Position numbers and translations under genes: made by a program
Assembly (NCBI GenBank): GCA_963767925.1
Contig: CAVYGB010000008.1
Location: 2,240,001 to 2,304,000 of the forward strand
Source: an uncultured delta proteobacterium
Lineage (GTDB): Bacteria; Myxococcota_A; Polyangia; Fen-1088
Direction of reading: 5' to 3'
DNA: 64,000 nucleotides
The notes under the pieces: model-generated
What the model saw: the letters and a program-made list of their open reading frames with translations, nothing else
Told to the model about the DNA's origin: nothing
Databases searched by the model: none
Shown: positions 54,884-64,000 of the stretch, piece by piece
Layout of the letters: each line of letters starts with the position of its first letter
Position numbering within the stretch: the first letter of the stretch is position 1

Positions 54884-57278
54884 ATGGCCAGCTCCCTGCG
54901 TAGCCGCGCCCTCCTCGCCCTTCTGCCCACGCTGCTCGCCGGGACCGGGGGCTGTGCCCACCGCCTCGGCGCGTCGGCGCCCGTCAGCGAGCCGGCCCGG
55001 CGGCTGGGCGCCGAAGCGGTGGCCCTGCGCACCGTCACCTGCGAGGAGGACTTCGCCGACGCCCGCCAGGTCTATCGGGCGCTGCCTGCGGGATCTCCCG
55101 AGCGGGGGCTGCTTCGCCGCCAGCTTCTCCGCTACCTGCTGGGGCCGCTCGCCACCATCGACGCGGAGGAGTTTCGCCGGCGGGGTGCCGACCTGGGGGC
55201 CAACGACGACCTGGACCGCATCCTCGCCTCCTTCCGCGACGCCCTCGAGCTCTATGGCCCCGAGGACCTCTGGCCCAAGCGCGGAGGTGGTATCGACGGC
55301 GAGGAGAAGCCCCTGCTGCGCCGATCGGCGGAGCTGGTGGCGGGGCTGTTTGCCTCCCGCGGCTCGGAGACCGAGGTGGTGACCGCGCTGCTGGTCCTGC
55401 ACAGCCTCGAGCCAGACAACAAGGTCTTCCTGGCCCGGCTCAACGAGCTGCTGCCCTGGCTCGAGACCGGGAGCCAGCTCGCCTTGACCGGGAACGGTCT
55501 GCGCAACCTTCCCACCATCACCGACGTGCTGGAGAGCGCGGCCACCGTGTGGCCCGCGCCCGCGGTGGTCGAACGGCTGGCCGAGACCTACATCCAGCGC
55601 CAGGAGCGGCTGTCGACCTTGCTCCGGCGACCGCTCGGCTCGGTGCCCACCCGCGGCGCCATCGGCGAGATGCTCCTCGAGGGCGAGACCGTGCAGACCA
55701 CGGCGGTCAGCGTGGCCTCCCTCTACCTGCGGGCCGGCCAGCTCGACCGCGCGTCCGCCTCGCTGGCCCGGGTGAGCGGGCGCCCGGGCGACGATCCGGA
55801 GCTGCGCCAGCTCGTGAACAACGCCGCCCGCAGCCGGGCGGGGCGGGACGACTACCTGGCCCTGGCTCGCCGGTTCCTGCCCCGCCTCAAGCCGCTGGGC
55901 GGGACCTCCAACGACCGGGTCGACATCGTCGCCGCCCGCGAGCTGCTGATGCTGGCCTCGGCGCGCTGGCCGGAGGATGCCGAGGTGCGCATGCCTGCTG
56001 TCGCGGATCGCCGCCATCATGGGCGATCTCTACCTGTCGTTGCGGCTGCTCGAGGAGTCGCAGCCTCTGCTGGAGAAGTCCCGGGCCAACCGCGAGGAGC
56101 AGGCCACGGTGGCGGCCGAGATGCTGGAGCGCTCGTTCGAGAAGCTGCGCCAGCGCATGGTGGACAACGAGCACCTCGAGCCGGCCACCCGCGAGGCGGA
56201 GGCGCTCCGGCGGCGGTTCGCCGAGACCCGCCAGCGCTTCGGGGAGGATCGCCTGAACGCGCGCGCCACCGACATCGACTACGAGGTGGCCCGGGGCTTG
56301 CTCAACGCCGGCCTGGTCGACCGGGCCGAGTCGCTGCTGGTAAGCGCCTCCAAGGCCGAGGAGCCGCGGGCCGAGATCGCGCTCGAGCTGGCCAAGCTGG
56401 CGACAAAGCGGGGCAACGCCCACCGGGCGGCCGAGATCCTCGAGGGGGCCCTCGAGCAGCACCGGGGCGCCTCACCTGGCCAGGAGACCATCTCCTTCGT
56501 CGAGACCCAGTCCAAGCTGGCCTACGCCCTGGGCAACGCCCACGAGGTGGCCGGCCGGATCGAGCCGGCTCGCCAGGCCTGGCGGACGGCGCTGCGGGGC
56601 TGGGAGCGGCTGATGGCCGAATACCTGCGGCGCAAGGACGGCGCCGAATCGGCCGAGGCGACGATGGAGGTCGGCCGGCTGACCTACCTGCTGGGCCGGC
56701 GTGAGGAGGGGGTGGCCAAGTTCCTCGACGCCATCGAGCAGAACGAGGCCCGCGACCAGAGCTACATCGACGCGCTGGCCTTCCTGGTCCAGCACGGGGA
56801 CGTGGACGCCGCGCTGGACGTCTACCGGCGCACGCTGTCGCGTCCCAGCCGGGTGGTCTCCGAATACGTGAAGGTCTACGCCTCGCTCTGGATGGTGGAC
56901 CTCCTGCGCCGGGCGGGGCGGAGCCCCGAGCCGAGCGCCGAGAGCTTCCTGCGCACGCTGGCCGCGCGCCGGATGCACCTGCGCCCGCAGCGGGTCGTCG
57001 CCTGGTACGTCCAGCTCGCGCGCTACACCCTGGGCCTCATCAGCTACGACCAGCTCCTGGTCCAGGCGGACACCGCCGGCAAGAAGGCCGAGCTGTACTT
57101 CTACGAGGCCATGCGCCGGCTGGCCGACGGCCGCAGCGACGACGCCCACGTGCTGTGGAACAAGGTGCTCGAGACCCGCATGTTCGAGTTCCTCGAGTAC
57201 GACATGGCGTCGCGCTACCTGCGGACCGGGGCCCCCACCCGGGCCACCGCCGAGGCGACCGAGTCCGAGACGATTTGA
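54884..57278 (+). CDS. Large TPR-repeat lipoprotein (frameshift ~55990)
   Basis: Lipobox-like TGGC; ORFs 54884.. and 55977..57278 join; C-terminal ELYFYEA...FLEYDMA resembles an NlpI-type tail. Confidence 0.65.
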
Positions 57279-57287
57279 TCCCCGGGA

Positions 57288-57309
57288 GCGGCCCGCGGGG
57301 GCCGTTTTT
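57288..57309 (+). terminator. Intrinsic terminator after the TPR lipoprotein gene
   Basis: GCGGCCC-GCGG-GGGCCGT followed by T-run, ~10 nt after the stop. Confidence 0.6.
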
Positions 57310-57374
57310 CGAGGTCGAACCGCGACAAATCGTGGTACACCACGGCCCTGTCCGTCAGGATCGTTCGCAGTTTC

Positions 57375-57446
57375 GGTGCCGTGGCCAAGTGGTAAGGCAA
57401 GGGTCTGCAAAACCCTCATTCCCCGGTTCAAATCCGGGCGGCACCT
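57375..57446 (+). tRNA. tRNA-Cys(GCA), CCA not encoded
   Basis: Acceptor GGTGCCG/CGGCACC, D-loop AAGTGGTAA, anticodon arm AGGGT-CTGCAAA-ACCCT, T-loop GGTTCAAATCC, discriminator U. Confidence 0.96.
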
Positions 57447-57474
57447 CCGCCAGCTAGCTGAGTATCGACGCGCT

Positions 57475-58825
57475 TCAGACGTCGGGGTCGAGCGCCCAGG
57501 CCTGCACGAGCCGGCTGGCGTCGCCGCCCAGCCGCTGGAAGTCGGCCAGCATGTCGTCCGCCGGTGAACGGCCGGCGCGGGCGTATTCGAGCAGCGGATC
57601 CAGCAAGCGCCGGTCCTCGGCCCCCTCGGGCAGACGGTCGAGACCCGTCGGCGGCGATCTGACAGAGCTCGACCGCCAGGGAGGCGATGGGCGTTTTCCC
57701 AGACGGGCCGCCAGGCCAGCCCTGGGCACGTCGCGTCGGAGCGCCTCCCGCTCGGGCAGGGTGGCGCGATCGACCAGGGACCAGGCGGCCGCCCGAGCGC
57801 CCGGGTCGTCGAGCAGGCCGCGCCACAGCGCGGGCAGCGCGCCGGCGAAGGCCAGGTTCGCCGCGTCCGCTCCGCGCAGCTCGATGGTCCGCTTGAGCCG
57901 GACCTCCGGAAACACGGTCGAGAGGTGCAGCACCCAGTCGGCCATGGTGGCGCGTTCACCCTGCCAGCCTTCCTTCAGGAACCGCCGGAAGGTCACGCCC
58001 TCCAGCGGCTGGTAGCGGCCGGCCCGGGCGAGAAAGAACATCGGGACGTCGAGGGCCCACTCGCGTAGTCCCGGAAGCCGAACCCGGGCTCGAACACGAA
58101 GGGCAACAGGCCACAGCGGTCCTCGTCCATCTCCAGCCAGACCGCCGCCCGGTAGCTCTTGTACCCGTTGGGACGGCCCTCGCTGATGGGCGACGACGCG
58201 TACAGCGCGGTCACGATCGAGCTCACGCCGACCGCCGTCCGGATCTTGTCCGCCGCCGTCGGCCTCGCTCGAGAAGTCGAGGTTCACCTGCACGGTGGCG
58301 GTGCGCTTCATCATCTCGTGCCCCAGCCGACCGTGACGGGGGCAGATATTCGCGCATGATGTCGTAGCGGCGCTTGGGCAGCCAGGCCACGTCCGAGAGG
58401 CTCCCGAACGGTCGAAAGCCCCCCGTGATGAAGTGAATCCCCAGCTCCTCGGCCACCGGGCGGAGCTGGCGGATGTGGCTGCGCATCATGACGTTACAGG
58501 CGCTGGCGCTCGACAGCGGCGGCCCCGACAGCTCGACCTGCATGCCCGGCTCGAGGGTTATCTCCTCGCCGTTGCGACCGGCGCCGATGAGGTGCTCGCC
58601 CTCGTGAACGCCCGTGTAACCGTGGCTCGTGACGAGCCTGGCCAGGAGCTGGGCGACGCCGTCCGCTCCCTGGTAGGGCACCGGCGCGCCGTCGAGACGG
58701 ACGCCGAGCTTCTCGTGCTCGAGACCGACCAGCCAGTCCGGCTTGGGCCTCGCTGCGGAGGTGAAAAAAGCTACCAGCTCATCGATGCTCGAGAGCGGCT
58801 CGGACGGGGCAGGGGTTTGATTCAT
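57475..58825 (-). CDS. gshA: Glutamate--cysteine ligase, GCS2 (plant/alphaproteobacterial-type), multiple frameshifts
   Basis: VGLEHEK, ITLEPGMQVELSG, PKRRYDIMREYL, MMKRTATVQVNLDFSSEAD, LYASSP, HLSTVFPEVRLKRTIELRGAD. Confidence 0.9.
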
Positions 58826-59055
58826 GCAAGGACCGGATCCAGCCCGCGGCCGGCTGAAAGGGGTCTGTATCTTAGGCGGGGTTTCCTCGGCGCGCCATGG
58901 CGGGGAACCAGGAGGCCAAAACCGTCACCGGAGCGCGCGCGCAGCGCTTCCCTGTCCTGGCGCTCCTCCTGGCGCTCCTCCTGGCGCTACTGGCTGCGAC
59001 CCTGTACTACCTATGCCGCTCGCTTATACTGAGGTACCCGTCACGGAAGGCCGAC

Positions 59056-61054
59056 ATGCCTCGCCTCGCCAACGTTCTCATCTTCGATAGCGACACAAGG
59101 GGGCGGGAGACACTGGTGTACGGGTTCGAGGGGGAAGGCGTGAAGGCAGCCGCCACCGCCGCGGCCGCCGAGGTACCGCCGCTCATCGGTAGCGCACGGC
59201 CCCAGATCCTGATCTTGACGTTGCGGGACAACGGCCCCGCGGGGATCGACCTGGTGCGATCGCTGGCCGACGCGGAGGAGACCCGGGGTCTGCCGCGGCT
59301 GGTGCTCGCCCACGAGGAAGGGTTCCCGGACGACCTTCGCCGCTCGAACAGCTTCATCGCCTTGCCGGCCTTCGTCCGCGACGTCATCACCGCCGCCAAG
59401 CTGCTGACCGGGGGCGCCGCGCCGACCGGGGAAGGCACCGCCGACGGTCAGACCGAGCTGAGCGGCGTGCTCTCCGAGTTTGGCCTTTATTTCATCGTCC
59501 GGACCATGGTCGGGCTGGGGCGCTCCGGCATCGTCCAGGTGGAACGCGGCAACCGGAAGGGGGAGCTGCGCTTCTCGGAGGGGGACGTGGTCTCGGCCCA
59601 GGTGGGCTCGCTGCAGGGGCACGCGGCCCTGCACCAGCTCCTGCTGTGGGAGGAGGCGGCCCTCGAGATCAAGTTCCGACCGGTGGTCCGACTCGGTCAG
59701 TCGCTGCCCGGCGGCGAGGACTTGCTGGACGACTGCGAGCGGTTCCTGCGCGACTTCTCACACGCCACCAAGAACATCGGCCACGCCCAGTCCCTGTTCG
59801 TGCAGGACGCGGAGCGGGTGGCGCGCCTGCTCGACACGATCCCGGCGGAGGTGGTGCCGGTGATGCGACTGTTCGACGGACAGCGCTGTCTGGGCGACGT
59901 CCTCGAGGACAGCCCCTTCCGGGTCTTCGACTCGCTGCGGACGATCACGCGCCTGCTCGACATGGGCATCATCCGGCGCAAGGCCATCGAGCGGCCGACC
60001 ACCGGTCTCGGCCACCTGCGGCGGGGCCGAGGCGACGAGTGGGTGCGCCCGGGGCTGACTGCGGGGGCGGGGCCCGGGACTGGCCCGGGGCCGGTGGAGC
60101 CTGCGGTCCCCACACCCGAGCCCGAAAAGGGCGAGCAAGGCGGGGACGAAGAAGGGGACAACGAGCAGCGGGTTGGCCTGTTCACCCGCCGCCGGGCCTC
60201 GCGGAGGCGCAGTGGCGAGATGCCGATTCCGCCCGTGGTGGCGGCGCCCGGCCTCGCGACGGGTCTCGAGCGGCCTCGGGGCCGGAGCGAAGACGCTGCC
60301 GATCGCGCTTCGGTGGCGGTGGTGGCGCCGCCACCCCCGCGGCAGGTCGGCGGCGCACCGTCGCCGACCAGCATGGCGGTCCACGGCGAGCTGCGGGTGC
60401 CGACCGGGAACCATCCCAGCATCGGCTCCCAGCCCGACGTCCCGAAGGTCGTCATCGACTTCGGGGCGGTCGAGGCGGAGCCGGCCACCGTCGAATCGGC
60501 CGACCCCCAACCGGCCGGGCCGGAACAGCGCCACGCGCTCGGCGGAGCTCCGGACCCCGGGCCGGACGCCGGCTCCGGTGGCGCCCCCTGCCGAGGGGCC
60601 TTCCATCATGCTCGACCCCCGCCTCCTGGCGGAGATGGACGCGTTCGAGCAGGCGCAGTCCCCTCCCCCGCCGGCCCGCCGTCCGGCGAGCCCCTCACCG
60701 GACGCGCCCCCCTCCCAGGCGGGTGGGGTGGTGTCCTTCGTGCACGCCAGCACCCCCCAGGGGCCCGTGCAGCCCCTCCCCCTCAGCGCGGTCCCCACCA
60801 TCGCGGTGGCGCCCGTGGCTCCGGAGGAGGCCCGGCGGTCCCCCGAGCGACCCGCCCTACGCGGCTCGGGCGAGATCGATCCCCTGCCGTCCGACAAGCC
60901 GGTCCGCCGCGCCTCGGGCGAGTTCGATCCCGTCGAGTCCGACTTCTTCGCCCGGGAGGCCGAGCTCTACGAGGAGAACACGCCCGGCGACCGGGACAGC
61001 GGCGAGGTGCCGCCCCCCGGAGCCCACCGCGACGGAGACCGCCGCCCCCGCTAG
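59056..61054 (+). CDS. Receiver-like + DUF4388 (PATAN-like) protein with long disordered C-terminus (frameshift ~60525)
   Basis: VLIFDSD receiver-like start; LSGVLSEFGL...RSGIVQV...GELRFSEGDVVSA...ALHQLLLWEEA. Confidence 0.7.
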
Positions 61055-61057
61055 CGG

Positions 61058-61708
61058 TCAGGCGTTCCCGCCGCCCGACTCCCAGTCCACTTCGGCCCGG
61101 CCCATCGGACCGGCCACCCGCAGGACCAGCCGGCCAGTGGCCGTCCCCAGGAAGCGGCCGTCGGTCTCGCCGGTCGCCCGGGGGAATCGCATGGTGTAGC
61201 TGCGCGAGAAGTCGGTGCGCGTGGGGAAGAACCGCATCTCGTACAGCTCGGGGAGCTTCTCCACGGTCACGCCGTCGGGCGCGATCTCGCCGCCCGTCCT
61301 ATCGGCGAGGGTGATCTTCCAGACCGAGTCCTTCTGCTCGAGATCGTTCCACTCGTAGTCGGTCGACTGCGCGACCACGTGGAATTCGTAGCTGGTGCGC
61401 GCGGCCTGGAACTGGGACTGCTCCAGCGCGCGGCGCTCGGCGTTGCCCAGGCTGTAGGCATCGGCGTATTGCTCGATGTAGGCCTGGCGAAAGTCCCAGC
61501 TCTTGTAGGTGGACCACATCTCGATCACGGTCCCGACGTCGCGAACCAGCTTGCCGTACCGGGTCCAGCGCTGAAACACCTCCGGGTAGTCCTTGGGCGT
61601 GTACTTCCGCGTGACCTCGGCGAAGTCGACTGGCTTGGGCTTGCTCGAGCCACACCCGCCCCCCGCCAGCGCCGCGCCCAGGACGCGCAGCACCGCCCGG
61701 CGCTTCAC
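61058..61708 (-). CDS. Hypothetical lipoprotein
   Basis: GTG overlapping the pyrE stop; KRR...LAGGGC lipobox; globular composition. Confidence 0.7.
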   Translation of the reverse strand: MKRRAVLRVLGAALAGGGCGSSKPKPVDFAEVTRKYTPKDYPEVFQRWTRYGKLVRDVGTVIEMWSTYKSWDFRQAYIEQYADAYSLGNAERRALEQSQFQAARTSYEFHVVAQSTDYEWNDLEQKDSVWKITLADRTGGEIAPDGVTVEKLPELYEMRFFPTRTDFSRSYTMRFPRATGETDGRFLGTATGRLVLRVAGPMGRAEVDWESGGGNA

Positions 61709-62271
61709 GTGAAGTCCCGCTTGCGAAACAGCGTGATCACCGGCGCCTCGGCGGCCAGGGCCTCCCGCCCGCCCTCCTCTCGATCGACGAGCCCCAGGAT
61801 GAGGGAGACCTTCAACCCGAACTCGCGCGCCCGGGCGATGGCCTTGAGGGCCGACCCACCGGTGGTGACCACGTCCTCGAGGATCGCGACGGGCATCCCC
61901 GGCCGCAGGCTCTTGGCCCCCTCGATCCACTGGGAGGTGCCGTGCGCCTTCGCCTCCTTGCGGACGTAGAAGGCGGGCAGCGGCCGGCCGGCGAGGAAGC
62001 TCATGGTGGAGACGGCGGAGGCCAGCGGGTCGGCGCCCATCGTGAGCCCGCCGACCGCCTCGACCTCCGGAGCCTGCTCGGCGATGAGGCGGCCGAACAG
62101 CCAGCCCACGAGGAAGTGCCCTTCCGCGCCGAGGACCGCTTGCTTGCAGTCGATGTAGAAGTTGCTGATGCGGCCCGAGGCCAGCTTCACCTCGCGCTGC
62201 TCGTAAGCGAGGCTCGCCAGCAGCTCGAGCAGCCGCGCCCGATGGCGCTCGAAAACGTCAGAACCGGTCAT
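61705..62271 (-). CDS. pyrE: Orotate phosphoribosyltransferase
   Basis: KLASGRISNFYIDCK, GLTMGADPL, VRKEAKAHGT, ILEDVVTTGGS, VDREEGG. Confidence 0.96.
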   Translation of the reverse strand: MTGSDVFERHRARLLELLASLAYEQREVKLASGRISNFYIDCKQAVLGAEGHFLVGWLFGRLIAEQAPEVEAVGGLTMGADPLASAVSTMSFLAGRPLPAFYVRKEAKAHGTSQWIEGAKSLRPGMPVAILEDVVTTGGSALKAIARAREFGLKVSLILGLVDREEGGREALAAEAPVITLFRKRDFT

Positions 62272-62352
62272 GTCGGGTGCCACCTGCCTGCCCCACGTCG
62301 GGGGCGGCAGCGGTTTTAACACAGCGGCCCGGGACGCGCTGTGACCCGACTG

Positions 62353-63078
62353 TCAGAGCTTGAGGCCGTCGAGCGGATCGTCGTTGATGTCGCGCGGCTT
62401 GCGGATGACCGGCGGCGCCTTGGGAGCGGCAACCGGCTTGGGGGCCTTGAGGCGACGGGCGCGCTCTCGCTCCCGGTCCAGATCCAGCTCGCGCTGCAGC
62501 CGGGCCCGGTCCTCCTCCGACTTGGCGGTCGCCAGCTCGCCCTGCTTGCGGGCCAGCTCGCGCTCGAAGCGCAGCCGCTGCTCCTCCTCGCGGCGCGAGG
62601 ACTGTTGCTCGAAGCGCACGCGCTCTTCGCGCTGGAGCTGTAGCTCGGCCTGAGAGTCGGAGCGCATCTTGAAGACCACGGCGCCCGACAGCGCGAGGAC
62701 GATGGCCACCGCGCCGACGATCGCCTTGACCGGGGAGCGGGCCTTCTGGGCCTGCACCTCGAGGCGCATGCGCTCCTGCTGCAGGCGCATCTCGCCTTCG
62801 ATGCGGGTCCGGCGCTCGGACTCGGCCAGGCGAAACTGCTCGTCCCGATCCCGCTGGACGCGCTCTTCTTCCGTGCGACGGACGCGGTCTTCCTGCTCCC
62901 GCTTCTGGCGTTCGACCTCTTCGCGCGCGCGCCGCTCCTCGTCTTCGCGGGCCCGCCGCTCGTTCTCGAGCTTGACGCGCCGTTCATCATCCTCGCGGCG
63001 GATGCGGTCATCCTCCATCCGCCTCAGCTCTCTCAAGGAGAAGAGGGTCGAGTTCTCCTCACGCTGCTGTTGGGCCAT
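62353..63078 (-). CDS. Charged coiled-coil protein with single TM helix
   Basis: ENSTLFSLRELRRMEDDRI..., E/R-rich helices flanking IVGAVAIVLALSGAVVF, ends DDPLDGLKL. Confidence 0.7.
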   Translation of the reverse strand: MAQQQREENSTLFSLRELRRMEDDRIRREDDERRVKLENERRAREDEERRAREEVERQKREQEDRVRRTEEERVQRDRDEQFRLAESERRTRIEGEMRLQQERMRLEVQAQKARSPVKAIVGAVAIVLALSGAVVFKMRSDSQAELQLQREERVRFEQQSSRREEEQRLRFERELARKQGELATAKSEEDRARLQRELDLDRERERARRLKAPKPVAAPKAPPVIRKPRDINDDPLDGLKL

Positions 63079-63258
63079 GAACGCTCTCTCTCTGCGCCTT
63101 GCGGGCCAACAATTTTAGCACACCGGCTCGGTCGTTCCCGTCGACCCCAGACGGCAACCCACGCCCGATGCGTCTGTGGACGTGGTGCCTACGAGTGCGC
63201 CTCCGTGCTGCCTACGCAGTGCCTGCTCGCGCCCAGGGTCTGTCTGCGGGAGGGCGGC

Positions 63259-63822
63259 CTAGTTGAAGTTGCGGAGAAGCTGGTCGATGGCGTCCGGCTT
63301 GCCAGCGCGGCCCGCCGGGCGCGGGCCGGGGTTCCGTGGGTCGTTCCGGAGGCCGGCCTTGCGGGCTCTGCCTGCAGCGGCCGCCTTGCGGGCGGGCAAC
63401 GAGGTCCGGGCAAACACCCGCTCACCGTTGCGTCGGCCCTTGCCGCGCATACGCGCCAGGCCGGGCTTGCTGGCGAAGCCCCGTTTCATCCGGGGGCCGT
63501 CGGCGGGTGGTCCCTGGCGCCCTGCGGCCCCGCGCGGCGCGGCCGGCTCGGTCTCGGGTCGCCCGGCGCCCTCCGGGGCGGCGGCGGCCGCCGGTTCGGG
63601 CGCACTGGCCGTCGTCTTGGCATTGATGGCGGCGGCCGGCACCTCGGTCGCGGGAGCGGCGGTTGTGGCGGTCTCGCTCGGGCCCACGCGGTGGCGAAGC
63701 AAGAGGGTCGTCACGACGGCGACCTGGACGAGGACCACCGCGCCCGCGATCCACACGCCTTTCATCAACCACGTCGTCTGCCCTGGCAGGTTGAACTTCG
63801 GAAGCATGACATCCCGCTTCAT
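63259..63822 (-). CDS. Hypothetical single-TM protein with basic low-complexity tail
   Basis: TM VWIAGAVVLVQVAVVTTLLL; ends DAIDQLLRNFN; gagagga RBS. Confidence 0.55.
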   Translation of the reverse strand: MKRDVMLPKFNLPGQTTWLMKGVWIAGAVVLVQVAVVTTLLLRHRVGPSETATTAAPATEVPAAAINAKTTASAPEPAAAAAPEGAGRPETEPAAPRGAAGRQGPPADGPRMKRGFASKPGLARMRGKGRRNGERVFARTSLPARKAAAAGRARKAGLRNDPRNPGPRPAGRAGKPDAIDQLLRNFN

Positions 63823-63961
63823 GAAGGGTCCTCTCGGGGCATCGCCCCTGAATCAGTGATGAGCGGACAAGGATAACGTGAGGTAAGCCAACCACCCACC
63901 GCGACCATCCGGGGCCTTCAGCTTCGGATTCTCTGCTCTTTCCGTTATGGTGGACTTCCGG

Positions 63962-64000
63962 ATGGATTACGTCGATCTACACGCTCATTTCCTGCCGGGG
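63962..64000 (+). CDS. Start of PHP-family protein-tyrosine phosphatase (CpsB/CapC-like), partial
   Basis: MDYVDLHAHFLPG matches the DxHxHxLPG N-terminus; only 13 codons visible. Confidence 0.55.
   Translation, partial: MDYVDLHAHFLPG

Noticed and set aside
57375..57475. tRNA-Cys as an island integration site
   Set aside because: No integrase and no duplicated tRNA 3' end seen in the window; gshA follows within ~30 nt

Overview
Very GC-rich bacterial DNA, most likely Myxococcota (MYXO-CTERM-like sorting tail, REC-DUF4388, PilZ, FHA and many Cys-rich lipoprotein genes). About 21-64 kb is mostly core genome: dut, pnp-rpsO-truB-rbfA-DUF503-infB-ylxR-nusA-rimP, recJ-secF-secD-yajC, epmA-efp, lysC, an M16 peptidase pair, tRNA-Cys, gshA and pyrE. 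Many of these essential genes carry single-base frameshifts, best explained as long-read consensus errors. The first ~21 kb is accessory. The most notable element is a tight, intact three-gene operon (13845-16354, minus strand) resembling rohP-rohQ-rohR of the azomycin pathway (PLP/O2-dependent arginine oxidase, putative cyclodehydratase, DHDPS-family retro-aldolase). It has no N-oxygenase (rohS) or ferredoxin (rohT), lies directly downstream of argC-argB, and is ~4 kb from a eukaryote-like protein-arginine-methyltransferase (PRMT)-fold gene. This suggests an arginine-to-2-aminoimidazole (possibly N-methylated) pathway in a myxobacterium. All family assignments come from motif recognition by eye, not database searches.
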